The notes: a model not told the origin generated them from the letters alone. DNA of 64,000 nt from Klebsiella pneumoniae (GCA_945872365.1 CAMBZJ010000015.1:6228-70227); one strand, 5' to 3'; positions 1 through 10,513 are shown, counted from the first letter of the stretch. Numbers and translations are program-made.

Positions 1-1
1 G

Positions 2-565
2 CGCGGCGAGACGCTGCTCGTACACGGCGGCGGGAGCGGCGTCGGCACCGCGGCGATCCAGCTCGCGCGCGAGGCCGGCCTGCGCTGCTTCGTCACCGCA
101 GGCAGCGAGTCGAAGTGCAGGCGTTGCCTCGAACTCGGTGCCGACGCGGCGATCGACTACAACCGCGAGGACTTCGCCGAGCGCGTCCGGGAACTCACGG
201 ACGGCGGCGGCGTCGACGTGATCCTCGACTGCATCGGCGGCTCGTACTTCGAGCGCAACGTAGCGAGTCTCGCGATCGGCGGCCGGCTCGTGATCATCGG
301 CCTGACCGGAGGTGCCCAGGCGACGATCCCGCTCGGCCTGGTCCTCACCCGCCGCCTGCAGGTGATCGGTTCGACGCTGCGCGCCCGGACGGCGGCCGAC
401 AAGGCCGCGATCGTCTCGGCGTTTCTCGCACGCTTCGGCGAGGCGCTCGAAGCCGGTCGACTGCGCGTGGTCGTCGACCGGGTGCTGCCGCTCGCCGAGG
501 CACCCGAAGCGCACCGCGTGGTGGCCCGCAGCGACCACTTCGGCAAGGTGATTCTCGCCGTCTGA
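2..565 (+). CDS. NADPH:quinone oxidoreductase / medium-chain dehydrogenase-reductase family, C-terminal part (5' end outside window)
   Basis: Translation from base 2 reads GETLLVHGGGSGVGTAAIQLAREAG...VILDCIGGSYFERNVASLAIGGRLVIIG...HFGKVILAV*. It has a Rossmann GxGxxG site and a Qor-like tail. ORF-track 218..565 is its 3' piece. Confidence 0.8.
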   Translation, partial: RGETLLVHGGGSGVGTAAIQLAREAGLRCFVTAGSESKCRRCLELGADAAIDYNREDFAERVRELTDGGGVDVILDCIGGSYFERNVASLAIGGRLVIIGLTGGAQATIPLGLVLTRRLQVIGSTLRARTAADKAAIVSAFLARFGEALEAGRLRVVVDRVLPLAEAPEAHRVVARSDHFGKVILAV

Positions 566-579
566 CGGGAGGTTCTTTC

Positions 580-2220
580 ATGCAGAGCACGATGCAGGAC
601 TTCCCGCTGACGATCCGCGCCATCCTGGAACATGGCGCATCGGTCCACCCGGGCAGCGAGGTTGCGACCTTCGATGGCGCCGGGATCGTGCGCGCTAGCT
701 ACGCCGAGGTGGCCGGCCGCGCCGCCCGGCTCGCCGGCGCGCTGCGCCGGCTCGGCGTCCGGCCGGGGGACCGGGTCGGCACCTTCGGCTGGAACACGCA
801 GCGCCACCTCGAGGCCTACCTCGCCGTGCCGTCGATGGGGGCGGTGCTGCACACCCTCAACATCCGGCTCGCTGCGGAACAGCTCGTCTACATCGTGAAC
901 CATGCCGAGGACCGCGTGGTTCTCGTCGACGACGACCTCGTGCCGCTGTTCGCGCGTATCGCCGGGGGCCTCGAGACGGTGCGGCACGTCGTCGTCATGG
1001 GAGACGGCGACGTGGGCCCGCTCGCGAACGTGCTTCGCCACGAGGATCTCCTCGCGGCGGAGAGCGACGACTTCGACTGGCCCGACCTCGACGAACGATC
1101 GGCCGCCGCGATGTGCTACACGAGTGGCACGACCGGGAACCCCAAGGGCGTCGTCTACAGCCACCGCTCGACGTTCCTGCACTCGATGGCGCTCTCGTCG
1201 GCGCAGACGCTCGCGCTGTGCGAACACGACCGGATCCTCGCGATCGTGCCGATGTTCCACGCCAACTGCTGGGGACTTCCCTACGGCGGGTGGATGGTGG
1301 GCGCCGATTTCGCCCTGCCGGGTCGGTTCCTGCAGGCCGAGCCGCTCTGCCGCTTCATCGCGGAGGTGCGTCCGACGATGTCGGGTGCCGTGCCGACGAT
1401 CTGGAGCGACGTCCTGCGCCACGCGGAATCGCACCCGGTCGATCTCTCGTCGTTCCGCATGGTGGTCTGCGGTGGCTCGGCGGTGCCGCGCTCGCTCATG
1501 GAGCGCTTCGAGGAGCGCCACGGCCTGCCGGTCATCCAGGCCTGGGGTATGACCGAGACGAGTCCGATCGCGGCGATCGCGCTCCCGCCGCGCGACTGCC
1601 CGCCGGAGCGGGCGATGGACTTCCGTGCGCGCACCGGCCGGGTCGTGCCCGGCGTGCAGATGCGGATCGTCGCCGACGACGGCACTGTGCTGCCCAACGA
1701 CGGGCAGGCGGTCGGCGAGATCGAGGTGCGCGGCCCCTGGATCACCGCGAGCTACTACCGGGACCCCGCCTCCGAGAAGTTCCACGCGGGCTGGTTGCGC
1801 ACCGGCGACGTCGGTTTCATGGAGCCCAACGGCTTCGTCCAGATCACCGACCGCGCCAAGGACGTGATCAAGTCGGGCGGCGAGTGGATCTCGTCGGTCG
1901 AGCTGGAGAACGAGATCATGGCACACGGCGACGTCGTCGAGGCGGCGGTCGTGGGCGTGCCCGACGAGCGCTGGCAGGAGCGGCCGCTCGCCTGCGTGGT
2001 CCTCAAGCCAGGCGCGCGTGCCGACGCGGCGGAACTCGCGGCCTTTCTCGGCCCGCGGGTCGCGCGCTGGTGGATCCCGGAGCGCTGGTCGTTCATCGAC
2101 GAGGTGCCCAAGACGAGCGTCGGCAAGTTCGACAAGAAGGTCCTGCGCGCGCGCCACGCCGAGGGCGGTCTGCGCGAGGAGAGCGTGTCGCTCCACGGCG
2201 ACCCTACGGAACGAGCGTGA
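580..2220 (+). CDS. Fatty-acid--CoA ligase (AMP-dependent synthetase/ligase family)
   Basis: ATG 580 (MQSTMQDFPLT) follows GGGAGG at 567-572. AMP-binding signature YTSGTTGNPKGV, plus WLRTGDVG and KDVIKSGGEWISS motifs. The first 155 aa of ORF 115..2220 are Arg-rich read-through and are discarded. Confidence 0.9.
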   Translation: MQSTMQDFPLTIRAILEHGASVHPGSEVATFDGAGIVRASYAEVAGRAARLAGALRRLGVRPGDRVGTFGWNTQRHLEAYLAVPSMGAVLHTLNIRLAAEQLVYIVNHAEDRVVLVDDDLVPLFARIAGGLETVRHVVVMGDGDVGPLANVLRHEDLLAAESDDFDWPDLDERSAAAMCYTSGTTGNPKGVVYSHRSTFLHSMALSSAQTLALCEHDRILAIVPMFHANCWGLPYGGWMVGADFALPGRFLQAEPLCRFIAEVRPTMSGAVPTIWSDVLRHAESHPVDLSSFRMVVCGGSAVPRSLMERFEERHGLPVIQAWGMTETSPIAAIALPPRDCPPERAMDFRARTGRVVPGVQMRIVADDGTVLPNDGQAVGEIEVRGPWITASYYRDPASEKFHAGWLRTGDVGFMEPNGFVQITDRAKDVIKSGGEWISSVELENEIMAHGDVVEAAVVGVPDERWQERPLACVVLKPGARADAAELAAFLGPRVARWWIPERWSFIDEVPKTSVGKFDKKVLRARHAEGGLREESVSLHGDPTERA

Positions 2221-3734
2221 GCGTGGACGCGACCGAGCGCGGCGCGGCGGTTGCCCCCGCGAGCGGCGGCGGATTCACGCTCGGCGACGCACTCGCGACC
2301 GCGGCGCTCCGCGGCGAGCGCTGGGCGCGGGTCGTCGAGGAGGGCCGCCACACCGCGGCACCCGGGCTCGACGCGGCGGCGACCCGCTTCGCTCGCGCGC
2401 TTGCGGACGCGGGCGTCCGTCCCGGCGATCGCATCGGGCTCGCGGTGCGGAACTCGTCGCCGCACCTCGCCGCGGTATTCGGTGTATGGCGCGCCGGCGC
2501 GGCGCTCGTGCCGCTCAACCCGCGGCTCACCCCGGGCGAGGTCGACGGCTTGCTCGGCCACGCCTCTGCGAGCGCCATCTTCGAGGTTGACGAGCGCGAC
2601 GGCACCTGCCGCGTGGTCGCGCGCGGCGGACCGCGCTGTCCCGCGGCGACGCGGCTGGTCGCGGGCGCGGCGACGCCGGTCGCGGGCTCCGAGAGTGTCG
2701 CGGTGATCGCCTACACCTCGGGGACGACCGGACGCCCCAAGGGCGTCGTGCTGACCCATGCGAACCTACTTTGGGCGGCGGCCGCGGTCGTGCACACGCG
2801 CCGCGACGGTCCGCGCTCGGTGGCCGCCGTGGTGAGCCCGCTGTGCCACGTGCCGATCTTCGTCTCGCACTACCTCACCCGCCTGTTGAGCGGCGGCACC
2901 GTCGTGCTGGGCTCGTTCGACAGCGAGCGCCTCGCGCGCGCGCTTCGGGAGCACGGCGTGACCGACTTGCCGCTCGTGCCCGCGATGGTCGGGCCGCTGC
3001 TCGCGACGGCGACGCGCGAGGACATGGAGCGGCTCGCGAAGGTGACGGTCGGAAGCGCACTCACGCCGATGGAGGTGAAGCGCGAGCTCGCGGAGCGGTG
3101 CCGCAACGCCGAGATCCTCGAGGCCTACGGCCAGACCGAGAGCACCGACGGACTCACGATGTCGGTGGGCCGCGAGGCGATCGAGCGTCCCGGGACGGTC
3201 GGGCGTGCGCACGGGATCCTTGCGCTTGGCGTGGCCGGCAAGGACGACGCGCCGCTCCCCCCCGGCGAGCCGGGCGAGATCGTCGCGCGCGGGCCGACGG
3301 TCATGCGCGGCTATCTCGAGGATCCGACGGCGACCGCGGCGGCGCTGCGCGGGGGCTGGCTCCATACGGGCGACTTGGGCCGCCTCGACGAGGACGGCCA
3401 TCTCTACATCACCGGACGCCTGAAGGAGATCATCATCACTGGCGGCGAGAACGTGAGCCCGGAGGAGGTCGAGGCCATCCTGGCCCGCCATCCCGCCGTC
3501 GCCGAGGTCGCCGTCTTCGGCACGCCGCACGAGCGCTGGGGCGAGCAGGTGACGGCCGCTGTCGTGGCGCGCGGCGTGGTTTCCCAGGAGGATCTCGCCG
3601 AGTTTGCGCGCCCGCACCTCGCCGGTTTCAAGTTGCCGCGCGCGCTCGTCGTCGTCGAGGAGCTGCCGAAGACCAGCGCGGGCAAGGTGCGGCGTGGCGA
3701 ATTGCGCGAGCGCTTCGGCCGCACCGGTCGCTGA
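2217..3734 (+). CDS. Second AMP-dependent acyl-CoA synthetase/ligase
   Basis: GTG 2217 overlaps the upstream stop (GTGA). Signature YTSGTTGRPKGV, WLHTGDLGRLDEDG and a C-terminal SAGKVRR. The upstream part of ORF 1113..3734 is an out-of-frame overlap with the previous CDS. Confidence 0.85.
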   Translation: MSVDATERGAAVAPASGGGFTLGDALATAALRGERWARVVEEGRHTAAPGLDAAATRFARALADAGVRPGDRIGLAVRNSSPHLAAVFGVWRAGAALVPLNPRLTPGEVDGLLGHASASAIFEVDERDGTCRVVARGGPRCPAATRLVAGAATPVAGSESVAVIAYTSGTTGRPKGVVLTHANLLWAAAAVVHTRRDGPRSVAAVVSPLCHVPIFVSHYLTRLLSGGTVVLGSFDSERLARALREHGVTDLPLVPAMVGPLLATATREDMERLAKVTVGSALTPMEVKRELAERCRNAEILEAYGQTESTDGLTMSVGREAIERPGTVGRAHGILALGVAGKDDAPLPPGEPGEIVARGPTVMRGYLEDPTATAAALRGGWLHTGDLGRLDEDGHLYITGRLKEIIITGGENVSPEEVEAILARHPAVAEVAVFGTPHERWGEQVTAAVVARGVVSQEDLAEFARPHLAGFKLPRALVVVEELPKTSAGKVRRGELRERFGRTGR

Positions 3735-3739
3735 GGGCC

Positions 3740-4597
3740 TCATGGTCCGTCGACCCGCACGGTCGCGACGTGGGCGCTGGCCGACCCGCCGCCCGCTCGC
3801 AGCACGAGGTCTATCTCCTCGCGCACGAGCCCGACGTCGGGTGCGAGCGTCTCCTCGCCCGTGACCTCGAGCGAGAGCGAGATCGTCCCGACCGGCGTCG
3901 GCACCGATGCTCGCCCGTTCGCGACGACGCCGAAGCGGATCGCGCCCGGGTAGACCCGGCCGTCGACGGGCGCCTCGTCGAAGCCGAGCGCGGTGCGCTC
4001 CGAAGTGCCCTCGAAGGGGACCTCCCGACGGACGTCGCCGTCGCCGGTGTGCAGGACGACCGCGAGCGAGCGATGGAAGCCCCCGCGGATCGTCTGCCCC
4101 GCGACGACCGGTGTGCGCACGAGCACGGCCGGCGGGGCGAGCGGCCGCAGGCCGGCCTCGGCGTCCTCGAAGGCCTCCGCCCGGATCTCCTCGCCGTCGT
4201 CTCGCGCATGGAGCCGCGTCCACGCGCCGTCCTCTGAGCGCTGCTCGACGACGAACGAGGTGCCGTCGTCGGTCAGCACCCGGGTGGCGAAGGTGCCGGT
4301 GGTCGTCTCGCCGGCGGTGGTTGCGACGGCTCGGAAGCTCGCGGTGCGCCCGGCCTCGTGTGGCAGGAGCCGCCTCGCGGGGCCGTCGAACAGGACGCTT
4401 GCGTCGCCGGGGGATCGTGCAGCGTCGCTCCCATCGCCCCCGCAGGCCGCGAGGAGCACCGCCACCGCGATCGCGATCGCGATGGGTCGTTCGCCGCGGA
4501 CTCCCGTCCCTTCGCGGTGGACGAAGCGCCGCCGGAGCGGAGGCGCGGTGCGCCTGCCGGAGGTGGTTCGATCGAGGCTCGTGCGGGTCTGATCCAT
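3740..4597 (-). CDS. Hypothetical lipoprotein
   Basis: ATG 4597 (MDQTRTSL) has GGGAGG about 8 nt upstream. Signal peptide ends in lipobox LLAAC. I recognise no family. Confidence 0.6.
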   Translation of the reverse strand: MDQTRTSLDRTTSGRRTAPPLRRRFVHREGTGVRGERPIAIAIAVAVLLAACGGDGSDAARSPGDASVLFDGPARRLLPHEAGRTASFRAVATTAGETTTGTFATRVLTDDGTSFVVEQRSEDGAWTRLHARDDGEEIRAEAFEDAEAGLRPLAPPAVLVRTPVVAGQTIRGGFHRSLAVVLHTGDGDVRREVPFEGTSERTALGFDEAPVDGRVYPGAIRFGVVANGRASVPTPVGTISLSLEVTGEETLAPDVGLVREEIDLVLRAGGGSASAHVATVRVDGP

Positions 4598-4765
4598 GAG
4601 GAGTTCCTCCCTTCTGACGACGTGCAAATCACCCGGGACCGATCACGGCCATGCACGGCGAGACATGGATCGGTCTCCGACCCGGGTCGCAAAGCGGCCC
4701 GGCCGGGTTTCGCCGTTCGTCGACGAACCTTGCGGACACCGAGCCCCGTGGATTATGTTTCCGGA

Positions 4766-5104
4766 ATGATGCGAAGGTTGTTCTGCCTGCTCGTCGCGAC
4801 GGTCCTCCTCGCGGTCCAGGCCACGAGGGGTGCGACGCTCGGCACCGAGCCGCTCTCGGTCGCGGACCCGCTGGAGACGGAGGATGCCGCCCTGCCGGAG
4901 GAGGCGCTGCCCGGCACGGCCGGGTTCGAGGCCTGGGAGTCTCCTCCTCCGACGAGCCCGGCGCCGCGGGCGCGGCGTCGACCTGCGACCGAAGCGAGAT
5001 CCCGGCGCCTCGCGCCGCGCGACCTCGCGACGCTGCGCGCACGCCTGCTCGCGCCTCGAATCGCGCAAGGGCGTTTCGACGACCCACCCGGCCGCGCCGC
5101 TTAG
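4766..5104 (+). CDS. Hypothetical small secreted protein (112 aa)
   Basis: MMRRLFCLLVATVLLAVQATRG signal peptide, then a Pro/Arg/Glu-rich tail. It is divergent from the lipoprotein gene. Coding status is uncertain. Confidence 0.4.
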   Translation: MMRRLFCLLVATVLLAVQATRGATLGTEPLSVADPLETEDAALPEEALPGTAGFEAWESPPPTSPAPRARRRPATEARSRRLAPRDLATLRARLLAPRIAQGRFDDPPGRAA

Positions 5105-5140
5105 ACGTCCCGCCGTCTGCACGCTCGCGCCCGCGCTTGC

Positions 5141-6766
5141 GTGCGTGCCAAAACGCCGCCCCGCCACTTCTTGCAGGAGGATACACCCATCTCCGATTCG
5201 ATCCCGGGCCACGCTGCACGCGTGCCCCGATCCAATATCTTCGCCCACCTCGATCGCGACGTCCCTGCCGGGCTCGTCGTCTTTCTCGTCGCTACGCCGC
5301 TCTGCCTCGGGATCGCTCAGGCGTCCGGCGCCCCGCTGCTCTCGGGGCTGATCGCCGGAATCGTCGGAGGCCTCGTCGTGTCCTCCGTCAGCCGCGCGGC
5401 ACTCAGCGTCAGCGGTCCGGCAGCCGGCCTCGCCGTGATCGTCGCCGGGAGCATCCAGCACCTCGGTTTCCGCGGCCTCCTCCTCTCGTCGATGCTCGCG
5501 GGCCTATTGCAGATCTGCATCGGGTTCGCGCGATTCGGAGACATCGCCCACTTCTTTCCCAACGCGGTCATTCGCGGGATGCTCGCGGCGATCGGGATCC
5601 TGATCGTGATCAAGCAGCTCCCGCACGCCCTGGGCTACGACCACTCGGCGCTCCTCGACGATGCCTTCGAGGACGGGTTCTTCGACGGCTTGCACGAGGC
5701 CCTTGCGGCGGTCACTCCTGCGGCGATCGCGATCTCCGCGATCTGCGTCGGGGTCTACCTCGCGTGGCCGAGGCTCCAGCGCGGATTGCTCCGCTCCGTG
5801 CCCGTGCAACTCGTCGCGGTCCTCGCGGGAGCTCTCGCGGCGACCGTCCTCCGGTCGGTCTGGCCCGCGGGGGCGCTCTCGCCCGAGCACATGGTGGCCC
5901 TGCCCATCTTCCGAGACCTCGGCGATGTGAGGTCGGCGCTGGTCACGCCCGACTTCTCCCGCCTGTTCGACCCGGCGGTCTGGACCGCGGGGCTCACGAT
6001 CGGGGTGGTCGCGACGATCGAGAGCCTGCTCTCGATCGAGGCCGTGGACCGGCTCGACCCGCACCGCCGCATCACGCCGCCCAACCGCGAGCTGATCGCC
6101 CAGGGCGCGGGAAACGTCGTCTCGGCGATGGTCGGAGGGCTGCCGGTGACCTCGGTCATCGTCCGCAGCTCGGCGAACGTGCAGGCGGGCGGCGAGACGC
6201 GCATGAGCGCGATGGTCCACGGCCTGCTGCTCCTCGTCGGCGTGCTCCTCCTCCCCGGCCTGTTGAACCATGTGCCGCTTGCCGCGCTCGCCGTTGTCCT
6301 GGTCGTCGTCGGTCTGAAGCTCACGCCCGTTTCGCTCTGGCGTTCGATGTGGCAGGCCGGGCCTTCGCAGTTCGTGCCGTTCGCCGTCACGGTCGCGGCG
6401 ATCATCGGCTCGGATCTCCTCAAGGGGACGATCGTCGGGCTCGCGATCGGCCTCCTCTTCGTCGTGCGTCGACAGCAGGAGAACGCGGTGACCGTGACCA
6501 CCCAGGGGAGCACGACGCTGGTCCGCTTCTCGAAGGACATGACGTTCCTTCAGAAAGCCCGCATCAAGGACGTGCTCCGCTCGATCCCCTCCGAAGGAAC
6601 GGTCATCATCGATCGCAGTCGGGTCGACTTCGTCGACGACGACATCGAGGAGCTGCTCGCCGAGTTCGAGTCCAGCGCGGGTGAGCGCGGGATCGAGCTC
6701 CACGAGGAGCTGAGCGAGCGCGACCGCACCCGCAGGGCGGCTATCGCGGCCGGCCCCAGTCACTGA
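5141..6766 (+). CDS. SulP-family inorganic anion (sulfate/bicarbonate) transporter with C-terminal STAS domain
   Basis: VFLVATPLCLGIAQASGAPLLSGLIAGIVGG and multiple TM helices. STAS-like tail (TLVRFSKDMTFLQKARIKDVL...DFVDDDIEELL). The start (alt-start at 5141) is uncertain. Confidence 0.85.
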   Translation: MRAKTPPRHFLQEDTPISDSIPGHAARVPRSNIFAHLDRDVPAGLVVFLVATPLCLGIAQASGAPLLSGLIAGIVGGLVVSSVSRAALSVSGPAAGLAVIVAGSIQHLGFRGLLLSSMLAGLLQICIGFARFGDIAHFFPNAVIRGMLAAIGILIVIKQLPHALGYDHSALLDDAFEDGFFDGLHEALAAVTPAAIAISAICVGVYLAWPRLQRGLLRSVPVQLVAVLAGALAATVLRSVWPAGALSPEHMVALPIFRDLGDVRSALVTPDFSRLFDPAVWTAGLTIGVVATIESLLSIEAVDRLDPHRRITPPNRELIAQGAGNVVSAMVGGLPVTSVIVRSSANVQAGGETRMSAMVHGLLLLVGVLLLPGLLNHVPLAALAVVLVVVGLKLTPVSLWRSMWQAGPSQFVPFAVTVAAIIGSDLLKGTIVGLAIGLLFVVRRQQENAVTVTTQGSTTLVRFSKDMTFLQKARIKDVLRSIPSEGTVIIDRSRVDFVDDDIEELLAEFESSAGERGIELHEELSERDRTRRAAIAAGPSH

Positions 6767-6781
6767 TAGGAAGGACGGAAC

Positions 6782-7441
6782 GTGTCCCAGACCAAGCCGA
6801 GCGATATCCTCCTCCTGAAGAATCGCGCGTGGGCCGAGGAGACGAAGGCCCGGGACCCCGCGTTCTTCGAGCGCCTCGCGCAGACCCAGTCGCCACGCTT
6901 CCTCTGGATCGGCTGTGCCGACAGCCGGGTGCCGGCCGACGCCATCACCGGCACCCGCCCCGGCGAGATCTTCGTCCACCGCAACATCGCGAACATGGTC
7001 GTCCACACCGACCTGAACATGCTCTCGGTGCTGTCCTACGCGGTGAACGTGCTGGAGGTCGAGCACGTGATCGTGTGCGGACATCACGGCTGCGGCGGCG
7101 TTCACGCGGCGATGGGCCGCAAGGACCTGGGTCTCATCAACAAGTGGCTCCGCAATATCAAGGACATCTGCTTCGCGCACCGCGATGAGCTCGACGCGAT
7201 CGCGGACCCGCAGAAGCGCGAGGACCGGCTCGTCGAGCTCAACGTGACGGCGCAGGTCCACAACCTGATGAAGACCTCGATCATCCAGCGGGCGTGGAAG
7301 CGGAGGAATCTCCCGTGGCTGCACGCCTGGGTCTACGACCTGGGCGACGGCATCCTGCAAGAACTCGAAGCGATCGAGCCCGGGACGGCGCTCGAGTACC
7401 CGTTCGCGCTCGACGTCGGGGAAGACGCCGAGCCGGAGTGA
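6782..7441 (+). CDS. can: Beta-class carbonic anhydrase
   Basis: GTG 6782 follows AGGAAGGA. Zinc-ligand motifs GCADSRVP and VCGHHGCGGV. 219 aa. Confidence 0.92.
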   Translation: MSQTKPSDILLLKNRAWAEETKARDPAFFERLAQTQSPRFLWIGCADSRVPADAITGTRPGEIFVHRNIANMVVHTDLNMLSVLSYAVNVLEVEHVIVCGHHGCGGVHAAMGRKDLGLINKWLRNIKDICFAHRDELDAIADPQKREDRLVELNVTAQVHNLMKTSIIQRAWKRRNLPWLHAWVYDLGDGILQELEAIEPGTALEYPFALDVGEDAEPE

Positions 7442-7493
7442 GGCCGCGTCCAGCTCCGCCGGCGGGCGCGACGCATCGTACGCTCTCGAGTCA

Positions 7494-7518
7494 CCCGGCG
7501 TCGGACACCGACGTCGGG
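7494..7518. terminator. GC-rich hairpin between convergent can and DUF3050 genes
   Basis: CCCGGCGTCGG-aca-CCGACGTCGGG: an 11-bp stem with one G.U pair. No clear U tract. Confidence 0.35.
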
Positions 7519-7524
7519 CGACGC

Positions 7525-8289
7525 TCATGTGCCCCCGGCCCCGCCCCGGATCGCCGCGGCGATCTCGTCCCAGAAGCGGACGCGGGCCTCGAGCGAGCGC
7601 ACGGCGGCCGCCTCCGCTTCGGCGAGGCGCGCCGGGTCGCCGGCACAGACGCGTTCGACGAGGGCTCGAGCCATCGGCCCGTGCCGGGATTCGTCGTGCT
7701 CGATGTGCAGGTCGAGGTAGTGACGGAACAGGCTCCACCGCAGCGGCGAACTCTCCGCGAGCCGGCCGACGAGCCGGCGGAACATGCCCGGAATCACGTC
7801 CTCGCGGCCGTGGCTGAAGGCGGCGACGGCCTCGTGCAGCCGGCCCGACCCGAGCGTCGAGAACGTCGTGCCGACGAAGGCGGCGACACCCGGTGGCAGG
7901 TCGTCCCGAAGCAGGGAATCGAGTGGCCGCCCCGCGGCCAGTGCGCCCATGAAGACCTCGATCGGGCCGGTATCGGCGCCGGCCCGGTGCATGGCGTCGA
8001 GGTACAGCTCGAAGTGTGAGGCGAAGCCCCCTTCCGGGTGCTCGCCCGACTCCTCGTCGAGCGAGATCTCGTTCACGAGGCGGCGCGCCTCGCGGTCGGC
8101 CGTCGGATGCCACGGGACCGTCGTGCAGGACAGCGAGGCGCGCAGGGCGGCTAGGACCGACTGGAAGTCCCACACGGCAAACGCGTGCGAGGCCATGAAC
8201 ATGCGGAGCGACCTCTCGTCCCTCACCTCGGCATAGACCTGGTGGTCCATGAGGTGCCGGCGGAGCGCGTCGATCCTGCAGAAGTCCAT
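7525..8289 (-). CDS. DUF3050-family protein (heme-oxygenase-like fold)
   Basis: HAFAVWDFQSVLAALRASLSCTTVPWHP...LVNEISLDEESG...SHFELYLDAMHRAGAD matches my recollection of the DUF3050 pattern. 254 aa. Confidence 0.7.
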   Translation of the reverse strand: MDFCRIDALRRHLMDHQVYAEVRDERSLRMFMASHAFAVWDFQSVLAALRASLSCTTVPWHPTADREARRLVNEISLDEESGEHPEGGFASHFELYLDAMHRAGADTGPIEVFMGALAAGRPLDSLLRDDLPPGVAAFVGTTFSTLGSGRLHEAVAAFSHGREDVIPGMFRRLVGRLAESSPLRWSLFRHYLDLHIEHDESRHGPMARALVERVCAGDPARLAEAEAAAVRSLEARVRFWDEIAAAIRGGAGGT

Positions 8290-8363
8290 CGTCGTCGGCC
8301 CTCACCCGGACGACAGCATGGATCGAGACTTCGGGCGAGCCCGGCTTGGGTCGCCGGGACGAC

Positions 8364-8397
8364 GAAGGCCCGCCGGTGCTTCGACCGGCGGGCCTTC
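8364..8397 (-). terminator. Hairpin about 50 nt downstream of glnA
   Basis: GAAGGCCCGCCGG-tgcttcga-CCGGCGGGCCTTC: a perfect 13-bp stem. No U tract, as is common in high-GC genomes. Confidence 0.4.
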
Positions 8398-8449
8398 GCG
8401 ACTCCTCGGCGGGGGGCGTCGCGGCCGCCCCGCCCCCCGCGACTCGGGA

Positions 8450-9877
8450 TCAGGCGTCGTAGTACAGGGCGAACTCGTAGGGATGCGGACGCAGGCGCAT
8501 CGGGCTCACCTCGTTCGACATCTTGTAGTCGATCCAGGTCTCGATCACGTCCTCGGTGAAGACGTCGCCCTTCAGGAGGAACTCGTGGTCCTTCTTCAGG
8601 TTGCTGAGCGACTCCTCGAGGGAGGCCGGCATCGACGGGACGTCCTTCAACTCCTCGGGCGTGAGCGAGTAGATGTCCTTGTCGAGCGGCTTCTTCGGAT
8701 CGAGCTTGCGCGCGATGCCGTCGAGGCCCGCCATCATCATGGCGGCAAACGCGATGTAGCCGTTTGCGGTCGGATCGGGGAAGCGGACCTCGATGCGCTT
8801 GGCCTTCGGCGAGGGCGAGTACATCGGGATGCGCACCGCAGCCGAGCGGTTGCGCGACGAGTACGCGAGGTTCACCGGGGCTTCGTAGCCGGGGACCAGG
8901 CGACGGTAGGAGTTCGTCGTCGGGTTCGTCAGCGCGGCCAGCGCCGGGGCGTGGTGGATGATGCCGGCGATGTAGTGCATCGCGAGCTGCGACATCCCGC
9001 CGTAGCCGTCACCCGCGAAGAGCGGCTTGTCGCCCTTCCAGATCGACTGGTGGACGTGCATGCCGCTGCCGTTGTCGCCGAAGATCGGCTTGGGCATGAA
9101 CGTCGCTGTCTTGCCGTGGCGGCGCGCGACGTTCTTGACGATGTACTTGTACCACATGAGCGCGTCGCCACACTTGACGAGCGGCAGGAAGCGGAAGTCG
9201 ATCTCGGCCTGTCCGGCCGTCGCGACCTCGTGGTGCTGCTTCTCGACGCGGATGCCGACCTTCTCCATGAGCAAGACCATCTCCTGGCGGAGGTCCTGCA
9301 TCGTGTCGGTCGGGGAGACGGGGAAGTACCCCTCCTTGTAGCGCACCTTGTAGCCCAGGTTCAGGCTCGACTCCTCGACGTTGGTCACCTTGCCGGTGTT
9401 CCAGCGCGCCTCGTCGGAGTCGACGTGGTAGTAGCTCTCGGACTGGTTCGTGTCGTAGCGCACCGTATCGAACACGAAGAACTCCGGCTCGGGGCCGAAG
9501 AAGCAGACGTCGCCCACGCCCGACTGCCTCAGGTAGGCCTCCGCCTTCTTCGCGATGTTGCGCGGGTCGCGGGTGAACTCCTCCTTGGTGATCGGGTCGA
9601 TGATGTTGCCGATGACCGACAGCGTCTCGGCGGCGCAGAAGGGGTCCATCACGACCGTCGTCGGATCGGGCATGACCAGCATGTCCGAGGCATTGATCGG
9701 CTGCCAGCCGCGGATCGAGCTGCCGTCGAAGCCGCTCCCCTCCTCGAAGATCTTCTCGTCGAACTCGCTCATCGGGATGGTGAAGTGCTGCCAAGTCCCG
9801 AGGAAGTCGAGGAACTTGAAGTCGACGCAGACCGCCTTGTTTTCCTTCGCGAACTTGACCGCTTCTTTGGGCGTCAT
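8450..9877 (-). CDS. glnA: Glutamine synthetase type I
   Basis: Start at [32 protein letters not shown] (ATG 9877). GS-I conserved blocks run throughout ([29 protein letters not shown]). 475 aa. Confidence 0.95.
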   Translation of the reverse strand: MTPKEAVKFAKENKAVCVDFKFLDFLGTWQHFTIPMSEFDEKIFEEGSGFDGSSIRGWQPINASDMLVMPDPTTVVMDPFCAAETLSVIGNIIDPITKEEFTRDPRNIAKKAEAYLRQSGVGDVCFFGPEPEFFVFDTVRYDTNQSESYYHVDSDEARWNTGKVTNVEESSLNLGYKVRYKEGYFPVSPTDTMQDLRQEMVLLMEKVGIRVEKQHHEVATAGQAEIDFRFLPLVKCGDALMWYKYIVKNVARRHGKTATFMPKPIFGDNGSGMHVHQSIWKGDKPLFAGDGYGGMSQLAMHYIAGIIHHAPALAALTNPTTNSYRRLVPGYEAPVNLAYSSRNRSAAVRIPMYSPSPKAKRIEVRFPDPTANGYIAFAAMMMAGLDGIARKLDPKKPLDKDIYSLTPEELKDVPSMPASLEESLSNLKKDHEFLLKGDVFTEDVIETWIDYKMSNEVSPMRLRPHPYEFALYYDA

Positions 9878-10093
9878 TCTCCGCTCTCCATTTCTTCCAT
9901 GCCGTGCTTGCCGGTTCGTTGTCGGGACGCGAGCCGCGCGAGGCCGGTCGCTTCGCGGTCGCGGTTCGGCGCGAACTCCCCCGGGACCCCTTCCCGGGCG
10001 CATCGCCGACTCCGGATCGACGCCGCGCTGCTCGCGCGCCGCCGCCCGGCTCTTTTTTCCTTCGTTGTTTCGTCGAGGCTGAAGGCGTCGCGG

Positions 10094-10513
<420 letters not shown>

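Noticed and set aside
157-2196. 679-aa ORF on the minus strand
   Set aside because: It is fully antisense to a well-supported acyl-CoA ligase. The translation is Arg/Ala/Gly/Pro-rich low complexity with no motifs. This is a typical high-GC shadow ORF.
5504-8305. 933-aa minus-strand ORF spanning the SulP, carbonic anhydrase and DUF3050 regions
   Set aside because: It is antisense to, or out of frame with, three recognisable genes. Its composition is Arg/Pro/Gly-rich. Only the separate frame 7525-8289 encodes a real protein.
10021-10060. T6 tract after a GC-rich stretch, resembling a plus-strand intrinsic terminator
   Set aside because: No plus-strand gene ends here, and the upstream stem is imperfect. 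It is more likely an A-rich element of the glnK-glnA spacer, and I cannot assign a function.
9878-10093. Second sigma-54 promoter in front of glnA
   Set aside because: The best candidate (minus strand GGCAAGCACGGCAT) has GG-N8-GC spacing instead of N10.
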